From: a virus
Taxonomy: Duplodnaviria > Heunggongvirae > Uroviricota > Caudoviricetes
Reading direction: 5' to 3' (one strand)
IMG/VR virus record: IMGVR_UViG_3300018411_000017
Length of the DNA stretch: 61,031 bases
In this document: in pieces, positions 8,326-19,814 of the stretch
Layout of the letters: every line of letters begins with the position of its first letter
Position numbering within the stretch: the first letter of the stretch is position 1
Notes under the pieces: model-generated
Seen by the model: only the letters and a program-made list of their open reading frames with translations
Told to the model about the DNA's origin: nothing
The model's database searches: none
Position numbers and translations under genes: made by a program

Positions 8326-9321
8326 ATGACAGCTAGAGATGTTTATGAAGCTGTAGGTATAGAACTTAACAAAGCAAAAGCTCCTTCATTAATGTTGGAT
8401 GACTTTAATTATTTATTTAACAAGGCAATTCTTCAGACAATAAATAAATTTTATAATCAGTATGACATTAGTCAGCAAACTACTGACGATATTAGGGTTT
8501 TAAAATCATCTGTCGTATTAACGCCGACTCTTATTGATAGTACTAATACTTTGAAACTATTTGGTGCGGCGTATGAAGCATACTTGCCTACAGATTATTT
8601 TCATTTGCTAAATGCTGTTTGTGAGTTTATACCTAATAGAAATTTTAAATGCTGGGTTAAGAATGTGCCTATCTACGTTGGCGCAAGAAGATTGTCTGCC
8701 GATCAATGGCCAGCTATAATTACAAATATATATAATAGACCATCAATTAAGATGCCTTACTATTATATACATAATAGAAATTCTGAAAATAGAGTTTCTA
8801 CAAATCCATACGAAGCTTATAATGGAACAACCAATACTCAACCATTAGGCACTGGAACAGACTTCAATGGAACTTATAATGTTACTGCGGATGGAGTTAC
8901 TGATATTAGAAACTTGGCTAGTTCGATGCCTGTAAATGACGGAACTACGAGCGTGAAGCTTGCTGATTCAGAGAAGGTTGCCGCATATAGATATGGCAAT
9001 TCATCTTCTGTAAGATTAGAAGTTAGATATGGCAAAGACTCTAGTTTATTCTCTTTAAATAGTATATTAATAGATTATGTTAAAACGCCTCAATTTATCG
9101 TATTAACGGAAGAGCAGATAGATAGGACTATCGATACCTCTCAAGTTATGGAGTTCCCTGATTACGTTATATTTGAGATTATAAACAATCTTGTAATGCT
9201 TATATTAGAAAATACTAGTAATCCTAGATTACAGACTAATATACCTATTCAACAGAGCATTGCTCCTGCTCAAAATCAAATACAAATGCAGCAAGCAAAG
9301 GAGCAGATTAGAAACATGTAA
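8326..9321 (+). CDS. Putative tail ring / head-tail connector protein
   Basis: 331 aa; helical N-terminus (ELNKAKAPSL..DFNYLFNKA), DYFHL and EFPDYVIFEII segments, and position match crAss ring proteins. Confidence 0.55.
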   Translation: MTARDVYEAVGIELNKAKAPSLMLDDFNYLFNKAILQTINKFYNQYDISQQTTDDIRVLKSSVVLTPTLIDSTNTLKLFGAAYEAYLPTDYFHLLNAVCEFIPNRNFKCWVKNVPIYVGARRLSADQWPAIITNIYNRPSIKMPYYYIHNRNSENRVSTNPYEAYNGTTNTQPLGTGTDFNGTYNVTADGVTDIRNLASSMPVNDGTTSVKLADSEKVAAYRYGNSSSVRLEVRYGKDSSLFSLNSILIDYVKTPQFIVLTEEQIDRTIDTSQVMEFPDYVIFEIINNLVMLILENTSNPRLQTNIPIQQSIAPAQNQIQMQQAKEQIRNM

Positions 9322-9369
9322 GATCTGTAATATACAGATAGATATGAATAAAACAAAAAAAATATTATT

Positions 9370-10242
9370 ATGCAATTTCAAACTGAAAGTATTTTAAATT
9401 CTCTTAGCACTCTAAAGACTGCTGCTGACATTGGCTTAACTGCTGGTTCAGGTTTCCTTGTTCGTAATGGAATGTTTTACAATGTAGCTAATATTGTAGA
9501 CAAGAAAGTTACTAAAACTGTTTATAGCGCTGGTGCACTAGAAAAATGGCAAGTTGCCATGCCTCTTGTAGCTGCTTATGCTGGTAAAACATTTAGATTT
9601 TTGGTAGACGTAAGACTTTCTGGTGAAGTCAGAAGTGATTACGATCGTTATGACATTTATAAAGGCAAGCCATTCTATGTAGAATTTGCTACAGAAGAGA
9701 TTACTACATCTGCTGCTTTAGCTGATATCGTTAATCAAATTAATAAAGGCCTTAGTAAAGGTGGTTATAAAGACCTTAATGTAACTTTTGTTGATGGAGT
9801 CGATGCAACCGATGGTGGCTCTTTGGTTGTCGAAGCTACATTCTACGGACAAAGGTTTGATGCTCTTTTAATTCAAGAATTGAAAGATACTTCAACTTCT
9901 TCTTATTCTCATGATCTTGATTTTATCACTATTGCCACTGGAACAAAACTAGTAGCTGGAGCTGAAGATTTTGGTTCTGCTTGGTATATTACCAGAAACC
10001 TTCGTCTTCCAAGTTCAAGCAATACTCGTTTTATGGCATTGAATGGTGATGAAAAACCGATTGATGGAGCAAATTACAACATGTATAGTTTCAACTATCT
10101 TGTTGAAAGAGATATCACTGGTGTTGGCGCTGTAGGTCAGGTTATGACTTCAAAGACAAACCATATTCTCTATGTTAAATCAGATTTATCTAGCGCTTTT
10201 GAAACGCTATTACTTACTGCAACAGGTCTTACCATTGTGTAA
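9370..10242 (+). CDS. Putative auxiliary capsid / high-copy structural protein
   Basis: 290 aa, A/G/T/V-rich like abundant virion proteins; followed by a strong terminator; position matches the crAss auxiliary capsid gene. Confidence 0.5.
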   Translation: MQFQTESILNSLSTLKTAADIGLTAGSGFLVRNGMFYNVANIVDKKVTKTVYSAGALEKWQVAMPLVAAYAGKTFRFLVDVRLSGEVRSDYDRYDIYKGKPFYVEFATEEITTSAALADIVNQINKGLSKGGYKDLNVTFVDGVDATDGGSLVVEATFYGQRFDALLIQELKDTSTSSYSHDLDFITIATGTKLVAGAEDFGSAWYITRNLRLPSSSNTRFMALNGDEKPIDGANYNMYSFNYLVERDITGVGAVGQVMTSKTNHILYVKSDLSSAFETLLLTATGLTIV

Positions 10243-10260
10243 ACGTTGACCTTTTTTATA

Positions 10261-10296
10261 AGGCAGATGGAAGCAATTCTGTCTGCCTTTTTTTTT
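10261..10296 (+). terminator. Intrinsic terminator
   Basis: 12-bp stem AGGCAGATGGAA-GCAA-TTCTGTCTGCCT plus T8. Confidence 0.85.
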
Positions 10297-10312
10297 ATTA
10301 ATACTAATAAAT

Positions 10313-10993
10313 ATGACAATAGAACAACTTTCAAGCGTAATATATAATAACGTTGTCTCTGGGATAGAAGGAAATCATGTTGATCGCAAGTTTTCTCAAG
10401 CTCAAATAGAAGACGATATTGTAAATGAAAGACTTACTATAATAAAAGAATATGCTTTAAAAGGTATTCTTCCCGCTAATGATTTAATGATAAAGATAAA
10501 TTGTGTAACTTTGGACGATGAACCGATTAATAGGGTTGGTGAATTTGAAGAGTTTGATGGTTATTACGTAAAGCATTTTCAGATTCCACAAGTTGCTTTT
10601 GTTTATGACAAAGAGTCAATTGGTTATATTGGAAATATAAACGGAAGAGACTCCTTCCCTATTTACGTAGACAGACACGCTTGGTTTAACCACAGATTTA
10701 AAAGATTCGTAAGACAAAGGCCTCATGTATTTGTTGATTTTGCAACTAATACTAATAACATGTATGATGGTTGGATTGTATCAAAAACTGCGCTACCAGA
10801 GGATATGTTAATTTCCGTTATAGCTATATGGAAAGATCCAAGAGATCTGATTAATTTCCAATGTTGTTCAAACGAAGAAATAAACAACTGGACATTTATA
10901 TCTACAGAAATCATTAAACGTTTAACAGAGAAATATTTAAGATATTACAGGATGTTTTATCAACCTCCTACACCAACTTTAGTAAATCAATAA
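10313..10993 (+). CDS. Putative tail ring protein
   Basis: 226 aa ORF in the tail module; inferred from position and size. Confidence 0.45.
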   Translation: MTIEQLSSVIYNNVVSGIEGNHVDRKFSQAQIEDDIVNERLTIIKEYALKGILPANDLMIKINCVTLDDEPINRVGEFEEFDGYYVKHFQIPQVAFVYDKESIGYIGNINGRDSFPIYVDRHAWFNHRFKRFVRQRPHVFVDFATNTNNMYDGWIVSKTALPEDMLISVIAIWKDPRDLINFQCCSNEEINNWTFISTEIIKRLTEKYLRYYRMFYQPPTPTLVNQ

Positions 10994-10994
10994 T

Positions 10995-11687
10995 ATGAAA
11001 TTTTACCCATTATATACAGCTTTAGCTGACTTATATGATATGCATGGTTTAAGTTTGAATAATGATGAATTTGAGACTTATGCATATAAAGCTTTGGAGT
11101 TTATTGGTAATATATATGGAGAAACAGTAACTGTTCCTTTGGATATTATTGATTATAAAGCTACTATCCCGGATGATTGTCTTTATATAGAACAGGTTAC
11201 TTCTACAAAAGAAGACTTTCAATTAAAAGATAATTTGTATAGAGAGAATTACGAAAATGCTATTTTAGAAGATTATATAGAGGCTAGAAAATCTGGTAAT
11301 AATAATACGCTATATCAAAAAGGAGGGTTTCTCAATTACGAAACAATAGATGATTCAATTATTAAATTTACAATTCCATCTGGCATTGCGTTATTGCAAT
11401 ACAGAAAAAGGCTTGTAGATGAAAATGGTCTTCCACTGATTACTCATAAAGAGATTACCGCAATATCTTCTTTTTGTATATATGTGTATAACAGCAAGAA
11501 ATTAAATATAACAAAAGATACTACAATAGCTAATCTATTGCCAATGTATAAACAGGATTGGGAAAGAAAATGCCAAAACGCTAGGATGCCAGAATACATG
11601 TCTCAGAACGATATGGATGAATTGGCAAATGTTGGAGTTTCTTGGGATAGAAAAGCTTATAACATTTCATATAAACCAGTAAGATGA
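10995..11687 (+). CDS. Putative tail ring / tubular protein
   Basis: 230 aa; FETYAYKALEFIG...IPDDCLYIEQV...DENGLPLI pattern resembles crAss ring proteins. Confidence 0.5.
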   Translation: MKFYPLYTALADLYDMHGLSLNNDEFETYAYKALEFIGNIYGETVTVPLDIIDYKATIPDDCLYIEQVTSTKEDFQLKDNLYRENYENAILEDYIEARKSGNNNTLYQKGGFLNYETIDDSIIKFTIPSGIALLQYRKRLVDENGLPLITHKEITAISSFCIYVYNSKKLNITKDTTIANLLPMYKQDWERKCQNARMPEYMSQNDMDELANVGVSWDRKAYNISYKPVR

Positions 11688-12673
11688 TAGAATTAAAACC
11701 GTTGCCAACTTATTCTGGTATATGGCTTAGGAATGGATCTATATTAAACTTTTATAAAGCAACAGAAATAAATAAGGAGAACTTAACGAAAAAGTTCTTA
11801 GCAGAGTTCGGTAAGATGGCTTCTTTTTTTCCTGTTTATTCTTTTACCAATAACGTTGAAATAAGAATGAACAGTGGAGATATTTGTGTATTGTTTAAGA
11901 ATCAAAGTATATCAAGAGAATATATTTCATCATTAAAAAAGAACGGGTTTTATATGAAGATAGATGTTGTTGAACATCCTATTGGGTTTGCTCCTTTTGT
12001 GTTACTGGAAGATAGATATAATAAGGGATTCTTTTTTGAAAAAAGAATATTTTCGTATAGAATACAAAATGAGAATGTGCAAAGAATAAATAACGGAGAC
12101 AAATGGTTTTGCAGTAAAATAGTTTACGCTAGAGATTTATATGATGAATATATTAAAACAAAGAACTCTAAGATCACATACGAAGAATATTTAAAATATA
12201 CAAAATTATTCAATCATATTATATCATATATACTTAGGACTGATCATATTTGCGATTTTAAATCTCCTCATTTAGGATCTGATACGCATATATTTTATCA
12301 GGACAACGAAAACAATAAAAGAGTTGGTGAGATAAAATATTGGGAAGATAGAATGAGGGCTGTGCTGCCATTAAGGTATAATAAAGATAATCCTATATTT
12401 GCCCATCATTTGTATTTCTTCGCCATACCTTTAAAGGATACAAAAGAAAAAGGATTTGATATTAATAAATATAATAAGGAAATTAGATTATATAAATACC
12501 CAGAAATGGCTGTAAAGAAATATGAAAAAAGCACTGTTTATGCATGTAGAGCTTTACTTGATCCAGTTGTGATAAAAGACAGTAGGGTTCGTTACGTCGA
12601 AAATGTGCAAGAGATATTTGTTAAACAGCGCTCAAATGAGCGATTACCACATAAAATACTTATCAATGAATAA
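11684..12673 (+). CDS. Hypothetical protein, possibly with an IHF/HU-like domain
   Basis: 329 aa basic, aromatic-rich ORF where crAss phages carry IHF-like genes; only weak motif resemblance (FNHIISYIL...FKSPHLG). Confidence 0.3.
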   Translation: MIELKPLPTYSGIWLRNGSILNFYKATEINKENLTKKFLAEFGKMASFFPVYSFTNNVEIRMNSGDICVLFKNQSISREYISSLKKNGFYMKIDVVEHPIGFAPFVLLEDRYNKGFFFEKRIFSYRIQNENVQRINNGDKWFCSKIVYARDLYDEYIKTKNSKITYEEYLKYTKLFNHIISYILRTDHICDFKSPHLGSDTHIFYQDNENNKRVGEIKYWEDRMRAVLPLRYNKDNPIFAHHLYFFAIPLKDTKEKGFDINKYNKEIRLYKYPEMAVKKYEKSTVYACRALLDPVVIKDSRVRYVENVQEIFVKQRSNERLPHKILINE

Positions 12674-15600
12674 AGCCGCAGTAAATACATTTTCGGATGG
12701 CTTAATTACAGATTTAGCCCCTTTGTCAACGCCAAAAACCGTTTTGACAGATTGTTTGAATGGAACAATCATAACATATAATGGCAATGAATTTTCATTG
12801 CAGAACGATATGGGAAATGTTAAAATGGATAATATATATTTCCCAACCGGATATGTGCCAGTTGGAATGAAAGAATATGGAGGAGTTATATACGTTGCTT
12901 TATATAGCCCTTCTGATAATAAATGCGAGATAGGAAGCTTTCCTTCTCCTAAAACTATTACATTTGGAGAGAATGAGACCAAACAAGTTGTTTCTATATT
13001 AAACACGGATGTTATAGATCAAGTGAATCATGAAGGTATTAAGATTCTTAAGCCTTTATTTGAGATGATCGATAAGTTGAATCCTGGTGATCAGTTTAAG
13101 ATTGAAATACTAAAAACAGGAACTTCTCAATCCTTGTTTGACGAGTCATCTCCTTCAAGTATGTTTGATATTAAATATTTTTATCAAACAGAAGACGGGA
13201 AGATTACTCCGGTTGAAAAAGCTGATATTAATATAACTGATTCAAATGGTTTATTTTCTTATTTCAAAGGAACATCCGGATCTATTATATTGGTATCTTA
13301 TGAAATAAAAAGACCTGAATATTTTAATGTTAATATAACAGCTCCAGATTCTCAAACAATAAATATATCAGCTAAAGGATCTCATAAAACAGCTAATGTA
13401 TTTAAAGGTTTTGAATTAAAAGTTAAATATGCATCTGAAAGTGTTTACATAACAAAAAATTATGAATTACCTATTGGTACTTATAATCATGTATTATCAG
13501 GTGCTACAATAGAGAATATAGCAGCAACTGATGATGTGAATATAGAAATAACACCTTATTCTGACTACTGTTATTATAGAGATATGACAGTGAAAAGATC
13601 ATTCTCACCTGAACAGATACAACAAATGTCTTCTTCTCTTAATAATATCTTTAAGTATTATATAGATGGAACTAATTTAAAGATAGATTTTAATTTCTTT
13701 TATCCAATAAAGAATTTGGATTTGTTTGTAGAGGTATACGATCCATGGTCTGATTGTTCTACGGTTAAGAAGATAGACGATCCAACCGCTTATGGATTAA
13801 ATACTGTTTTATTTGATTTGGTTGATATTGCTAGAAAAAAGGAAACAGCTCCTACTAGAGGTGGAATCCCATTGGATAATTTAGATATTAAATTGTCTAC
13901 CGATTATCAGCAAGAAAAATATCACGCAAAGATACCAACAGGCGAAAGTGTATATGTTACCAAAACAACCGATATAAGAAAGAATCACTTTTATATAGTC
14001 AGAATTTCATGCGTTGAATTAAATCCTGATAATACTTATAAGTATAGCGATTTCTTTAAAAGTTTGTACACTTCAACTATCATGAACAATTATTATAATA
14101 CTGTTGATGATTTTGAAACTATTAAGTTAAACCTATCTAATATTATAGCATTTAATTATAAAGTTAATTCAGATTCTATTATTCAAGAAAACAACAACTA
14201 TGGATATGATGAATCGACTAATTTATTAATGACAGATGGAAATCCTTATAAAATAAGCGATACCGAAATCTCTAGTTCTTATTTTTACTATAATGAGTTT
14301 ATAAATAAAAAGAAAGTAAATTTTGATATTACATATAACTCGGAGTCTATGTTTGGAGATTTTAATGAATCGTTAATATCTACAACTTCAAAAGACGATT
14401 TAATTGCAAACGCTAATCAAGAAATAACTCTTGGTTATTCTGATGATTTTAATTACGTATCAAAGATAGGAGCTAGCGTTTCTTCACCAGATAAAGAGCA
14501 AGGCAAATCTTCTATTTATATAAATAGTGATGATATAACAAAAACTGGATTAAACTATGATATTAATATAAATTATAAGACCTATAGAAACATAAGTTCA
14601 GAACCAGTTCATACTTATAATAGTATAACATCTTTCAAAGAGATACCAATCAGAAAAACTTTATTAACAGCAGATGATATTTCAGAATTGTTAAGGTTTG
14701 ACTCTAACTATATAAATACTAAATTCAACTATCCATCTGTTGCTAGATTAGATACAGGAAGTACTGGAACTTATTACGTCGGTAAATCTCCTACATTCCC
14801 ATATTACACTATTAATCACTATGGCAGTTTTGATGACGACTTAGACGATTTAATTACTTATTGGAGGAATAATTTCAGATCAAATATATGCGCATTTATA
14901 TCTAATATAACTGTTACGACTATGCATTTTAAGAGTACATTCCAAGAAGAGACTCTTGATGGAGAGAAGTATTTGGCCTCAAAATCAGACCCAAATACAT
15001 CTGCTGGATCTTGGAAAAAATGCATGTTATCAATAATGAGGCCATCTGACAAAATTACCACATTTTTAAGAACGCATTCATATGCTGATATATTAGAATT
15101 CTTTAATAATGTCTATATTTGTAGCATTAATAGTGGAAATAAAAATATGTACAGTCCTGGAACTATAAATAATATAACATCAGGAACAACTTCATATAGC
15201 CATAGTTTAAAGATTTCTGCTAGCTTAATAGGAGATAATGTTAATATATTTAATTTTTCGTCAGCTAAAGACGGTTTTGCTACTACAAAAGCTTTTAATG
15301 CCACTGGGATTTCTTCATTTATATCACATTTAGATAAATTATCTGTAGTTGGTAATCAGTTAGGATCAAATATAGAATTATACCCAATACTTAATTCTTC
15401 TAATAGCGTATCAACTACTATTGATATACCTATTTCTGATTATAAAATTACTAAATCTTCTAATCCTGTTGTTAATAATAGCATTTTAGATATAGTAAAT
15501 ACATGGTCTAGAGGAGCGGATTTATTGACTAATGCAATATCCTCTAATGCTCCGGCCGGTCATGGAGAATTATATATTAAGGATAATAAAAATATAAAAT

Positions 15601-15782
15601 TAAAGAATTTAATAAATAATATTCGAGTTTCAGGTTTGAATGATAATTCTTTAGAAGGGATAGAAATAACTGATACTAACTTTTGGATTTATTATGAACC
15701 AAGAGATAAAGTGACTCATTCTGGAACTTGGCATGAAGACTCTGGAGCTCCAAACATGATAGATGATTATATATATTCATAA
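12666..15782 (+). CDS. Large tail protein (tail stabilisation/muzzle-related N-terminus)
   Basis: N-terminus NTFSDGLITDLAPLSTPKTVLTDCLNGTIITYNGNEFSLQNDMGN is a crAss tail-protein signature. ATG 12666 (ATGAATAA overlap) is preferred over 12603. Confidence 0.65.
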   Translation: MNKAAVNTFSDGLITDLAPLSTPKTVLTDCLNGTIITYNGNEFSLQNDMGNVKMDNIYFPTGYVPVGMKEYGGVIYVALYSPSDNKCEIGSFPSPKTITFGENETKQVVSILNTDVIDQVNHEGIKILKPLFEMIDKLNPGDQFKIEILKTGTSQSLFDESSPSSMFDIKYFYQTEDGKITPVEKADINITDSNGLFSYFKGTSGSIILVSYEIKRPEYFNVNITAPDSQTINISAKGSHKTANVFKGFELKVKYASESVYITKNYELPIGTYNHVLSGATIENIAATDDVNIEITPYSDYCYYRDMTVKRSFSPEQIQQMSSSLNNIFKYYIDGTNLKIDFNFFYPIKNLDLFVEVYDPWSDCSTVKKIDDPTAYGLNTVLFDLVDIARKKETAPTRGGIPLDNLDIKLSTDYQQEKYHAKIPTGESVYVTKTTDIRKNHFYIVRISCVELNPDNTYKYSDFFKSLYTSTIMNNYYNTVDDFETIKLNLSNIIAFNYKVNSDSIIQENNNYGYDESTNLLMTDGNPYKISDTEISSSYFYYNEFINKKKVNFDITYNSESMFGDFNESLISTTSKDDLIANANQEITLGYSDDFNYVSKIGASVSSPDKEQGKSSIYINSDDITKTGLNYDININYKTYRNISSEPVHTYNSITSFKEIPIRKTLLTADDISELLRFDSNYINTKFNYPSVARLDTGSTGTYYVGKSPTFPYYTINHYGSFDDDLDDLITYWRNNFRSNICAFISNITVTTMHFKSTFQEETLDGEKYLASKSDPNTSAGSWKKCMLSIMRPSDKITTFLRTHSYADILEFFNNVYICSINSGNKNMYSPGTINNITSGTTSYSHSLKISASLIGDNVNIFNFSSAKDGFATTKAFNATGISSFISHLDKLSVVGNQLGSNIELYPILNSSNSVSTTIDIPISDYKITKSSNPVVNNSILDIVNTWSRGADLLTNAISSNAPAGHGELYIKDNKNIKLKNLINNIRVSGLNDNSLEGIEITDTNFWIYYEPRDKVTHSGTWHEDSGAPNMIDDYIYS

Positions 15783-15793
15783 ACCTTTAAAAG

Positions 15794-18700
15794 ATGATAT
15801 TAGGAGGAACTAATTCAATCGTTGGAGATCCAACATTTACAGCAGTAGATTACTCTTGTACTTATACTCCCATATTTAAAAAGCTAGATATGGAAGGCGA
15901 TATGGCTTATGAATATAATCCTTTTTACAATTTACAAGCCGACGATGGTTCTTTAAAAGCATTTAATACAGATAAATTGGGATTTGATCTGCAACATCCT
16001 GTTGATATAACGGTTCAACCTTCATATGATGGAACAGCTAATCTGATATTAAATGATGATAAAAACCCACCAAGATTAATCAATTCTCGTTTTACGTTAA
16101 CAGAGAATAAGACATATAAAAGAATAGATAGGAAAGGAGTAAACGATACTAACATTTATAAAGAACGGTATTTAGATATAAATACTAGACTTTTTAAAAC
16201 TACAAATAAAATACCGTATGTAAAATTTGAAAATTTAACAGAAGGTGGTTCTTTACAAGTAGGTAATTATTCGTTTTATTTTAAGTATTCAGATGCAGAT
16301 ACCAATGAGACTGACTTTATTTGCGAAACAGGAGAAATTCCTGTTTATATGGGTAATGTAAATGATCCGAAATCTATTAGAGGCGGATTAGCAAATGAGG
16401 TTAGTAATAAAATAATTAACATAAAGCTTTATAATTTAGATGAATCTTACGAATATATCAATATATATTATTCTAAAAAGACGTCTGATGTAAATGGTTT
16501 GGTTGTAGAATCTGCTTATAAAATCAAGAACAGCAAAAAGCTTAACGGTCCAGAGTTGTTAATTGCTATTAATGGATTTGAATCTGTAGAAGAAATTTCC
16601 ATTGACGACATTAACATGGAGTATAATATAGTAGATAAAGTAAAAACACAAGCTCAAGCTCAGAATACTTTGTTTTTTGCTAATGTAGATAAAGAAGAAA
16701 TACCTTATTCAGAATTGGCAGATTTATCTTTACGTATATTACCTTCAACTGTAAACGAACATAATATTGGTAAGCTAAACCATTTATATGAACCTGTTTT
16801 ATTGGATGATTTATCAAATAAATACGGATATTACGATGCTAAGAATGTCTATGACTATACAGGATATTGGGAGAAAGAAATATATAGATTTGGTGTTTTT
16901 TATATCATGAAAAATGATACACTGTCTCCAGTCTTTGATATTCGAGGTAGGGATAATTTAAGTTCATTTGGTTCAACTACATTTACCGATTTCCCTATAT
17001 ATAAAAATAACAAAAGGTATATGATTCCATACGATGACGATTTCTTTATAAATTCTAATAATGGAATATTGGAAAACGCAAAAGGAACGGTTAGGATAAT
17101 GCACAACGAATCATTATTGGATAAATCCGGTTCTAATGGAGTATATCCAGTTGGAATTAAATTTCATATACCATCAGCGCTATTGACTGAGTTATCTAAA
17201 TATGTAAAAGGATTTTGCTTTGTAAGGCAGAAGAGAGTACCAACGATATTAGCTCAAGGAGTTGCGATAGGTGTTGATTCTGGAAGTTATTTGCCGATGT
17301 TGTATGCAAAATTAAATATGGCAACAGCTCCAACTTATATAACGGAGTCTTTTATAAATTCAGAAAGAGAGTTTGTTCACGATTTTAATGCTAGAGTTAT
17401 AAAGAATACTCATGCTACAATGAATGGACTGTTATGTCCAGAAGCATTGTTTAAGATTGACTCTTTTGCTCCTTTGTTTACTGGTAGCGATTTCAATGTT
17501 AGTAGGTCGAAAATAAATATAGCAAATACTAATATGTATTTTAGCAGAAATGAGCTAGCTGATCCAAGACATTTCTATATAGAAAATTATACATCATTCG
17601 TCACGCCTCCAACTACGTTAACTAAGAATGTTAAAATGACTTTAGTAGAAGGTGGAATGTCTACGAAGTATAGTGGAACTAAATATTTTTCATCTAAAGC
17701 TGGGATGGCTGAAGAGACTATAAGATTCAAATTTATTGGAACGGAAAACAAATCATCCACTGCTACTAATCTAGCTAGAGGGTTATACACTGGCTTTATT
17801 GGTATTGAAAATATTAATACCTCTGGTGGAATTTATGATATTCATACTCCTGGGTATAGTACTGAAAATATGAAAGATTATTTTATAATTAGATTCAATT
17901 CAGTTAATCCATATTACTCTATTTCTGATAGATACGATATCAACCACTTAAATAACACTTTAAATCAATATGATAATTATGAAAAAGATTCTAGTTATTA
18001 CAAATTAACATGTTATAGAGGGGATTGTTATATATCAAATGTAACAATGAGAATGCAAAGAAATTTTCAAGATCCATCTACTCCTATAAATGATGATGTT
18101 ATTGATTCTAAAGGATGGAAGACTAACTATAAAGGATACATGGCGAATGGAGCTTTAGATACAGATTCTATGGCTAAAATAAACAGATCTGATGTTAATG
18201 CTATAAGAATTGGTCATTGGGCTACATTTATGATTATGTCTAATATGAATTTATGTTATAGATCTAATGATGAAACAAATTCAAATGAGTACGCTTTAAC
18301 TGGTAATCCAAAATCTTTTTATCCATTATCAACAATGAATATTAGAGGTTCTAATAAGATAGATGAGTCTTATTTATTTAATGCAGGATATAATACATCG
18401 GTGAATAATAAGACTTATAATATAGTACCTGACGTACCTTATATTAACACATTATTTTCTAATAGAATTATGTATTCCGATATAAGCGTTGATAATTCAT
18501 TTAAGAATGGATATAGAGTGTTCCAGGGATTAGATTACAAAGATTTGACTTCACAATATGGATCTATAACCAAGTTGTACGAGTTTCAAAGCCAATTAAT
18601 TATTGTATTTGAAAATGGAGTTGGTTTATTGCCTGTCAACGAAAGAACTCTTATTACAAGTTCTTCTGGAGGCGATGTGTTTATAGAAAGTCCAAATGTA

Positions 18701-19804
18701 ATTAATAAAGTCATCAAAGTTTTATCATCTAATTACGGATCTGCGTTTCCGGAAGGGATTAAGATAACAGCTAACTATGTTTACGGAGTTGATACAGATG
18801 CTAAAAAGATATGGAGAACAGATGGCGCTTCGTTTGAGGTTATATCAGATTTTAAGATACAGAAGTTTTTAAATGATAATATTACATTATCAGAAAAAGA
18901 TAAGTATGTTGATTTAAAAAGATTAAACGTTAAGATACATTATAATGCATTTAAGCAAGATTTAGTATTTGTATTTTATAACAACATTGGATTAAGTACC
19001 GAAAATAGATTTGCTGTTACATTTAATGAACAAACTAATAATTGGGTTTCATTCAATAGCTGGTATCCATTCTTTACGGAGAATATAAATAATATATTCT
19101 TTTCTACTAGTTTGGATAAGTCTATATCCATAGCAAATAAGGCTGCTGTAGATCTAACAATTGATGATAGGATATATGTATATAAACATGGTCAAGCTGG
19201 TATATTTGATGAAACAACAGTTAGGAGTAAAATAAAACCGTGTTATTGGTTTGATACTCAACATAATTTTGAATACGAGTTTATAGTTGCGGAAGATCCT
19301 TATATGCATAAGATTTTTGATAATCTAGTTATATTATCTAATAACGCAGAACCTGATTCTTTGGAAATAGAAGTAATCGGAGATGCTTATGAGTTTGATA
19401 AAACTATTAATGGTAGCGAAGAAAGTATTTTAAATGGATATAACGAAGTTTCTAAAGATATAGAACTATCATTAACCGAAACGATAACAAATGGCTATAA
19501 AACTACTATAACAGAAGACTTTATTGTCAATTACCAAAAATGTATTGATATGGATAAGATCAAATCAAGACGAATTGGCAATATGAGATACTTAGAAGAT
19601 GTTTGGAAAATAGAGTTGAAACCTATTAAATTCAATCACATGCTTTATGTTAAAGACCCATCAGATATCACTACTGGCATGGAATTTAGACGCAAAGAAG
19701 CCCGTATAAGGGATAAATATTGTAAGATCAAAGTTAGATACAAAGGAGATAAATTAGCTATTATAACGGCTTTAAATACGTTATATAGCGATAGTTATGC
19801 TTAA
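15794..19804 (+). CDS. Tail stabilisation / muzzle-like protein
   Basis: 1336 aa, beta-rich. YRFG..YI..D, NRIMYSDI, YGSITKL, YGVDTDAKKIWR and C-terminal RIRDKYCKIKVRY motifs fit P22 gp10-like crAss tail proteins. Confidence 0.7.
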   Translation: MILGGTNSIVGDPTFTAVDYSCTYTPIFKKLDMEGDMAYEYNPFYNLQADDGSLKAFNTDKLGFDLQHPVDITVQPSYDGTANLILNDDKNPPRLINSRFTLTENKTYKRIDRKGVNDTNIYKERYLDINTRLFKTTNKIPYVKFENLTEGGSLQVGNYSFYFKYSDADTNETDFICETGEIPVYMGNVNDPKSIRGGLANEVSNKIINIKLYNLDESYEYINIYYSKKTSDVNGLVVESAYKIKNSKKLNGPELLIAINGFESVEEISIDDINMEYNIVDKVKTQAQAQNTLFFANVDKEEIPYSELADLSLRILPSTVNEHNIGKLNHLYEPVLLDDLSNKYGYYDAKNVYDYTGYWEKEIYRFGVFYIMKNDTLSPVFDIRGRDNLSSFGSTTFTDFPIYKNNKRYMIPYDDDFFINSNNGILENAKGTVRIMHNESLLDKSGSNGVYPVGIKFHIPSALLTELSKYVKGFCFVRQKRVPTILAQGVAIGVDSGSYLPMLYAKLNMATAPTYITESFINSEREFVHDFNARVIKNTHATMNGLLCPEALFKIDSFAPLFTGSDFNVSRSKINIANTNMYFSRNELADPRHFYIENYTSFVTPPTTLTKNVKMTLVEGGMSTKYSGTKYFSSKAGMAEETIRFKFIGTENKSSTATNLARGLYTGFIGIENINTSGGIYDIHTPGYSTENMKDYFIIRFNSVNPYYSISDRYDINHLNNTLNQYDNYEKDSSYYKLTCYRGDCYISNVTMRMQRNFQDPSTPINDDVIDSKGWKTNYKGYMANGALDTDSMAKINRSDVNAIRIGHWATFMIMSNMNLCYRSNDETNSNEYALTGNPKSFYPLSTMNIRGSNKIDESYLFNAGYNTSVNNKTYNIVPDVPYINTLFSNRIMYSDISVDNSFKNGYRVFQGLDYKDLTSQYGSITKLYEFQSQLIIVFENGVGLLPVNERTLITSSSGGDVFIESPNVINKVIKVLSSNYGSAFPEGIKITANYVYGVDTDAKKIWRTDGASFEVISDFKIQKFLNDNITLSEKDKYVDLKRLNVKIHYNAFKQDLVFVFYNNIGLSTENRFAVTFNEQTNNWVSFNSWYPFFTENINNIFFSTSLDKSISIANKAAVDLTIDDRIYVYKHGQAGIFDETTVRSKIKPCYWFDTQHNFEYEFIVAEDPYMHKIFDNLVILSNNAEPDSLEIEVIGDAYEFDKTINGSEESILNGYNEVSKDIELSLTETITNGYKTTITEDFIVNYQKCIDMDKIKSRRIGNMRYLEDVWKIELKPIKFNHMLYVKDPSDITTGMEFRRKEARIRDKYCKIKVRYKGDKLAIITALNTLYSDSYA

Positions 19805-19814
19805 ATATAAATAA

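Noticed and set aside
9323-9339. Hairpin ATCTGTA-ATA-TACAGAT ahead of the 290-aa gene
   Set aside because: 7-bp AT-rich stem with no U tract; could be an mRNA-stabilising element but is too weak to call.
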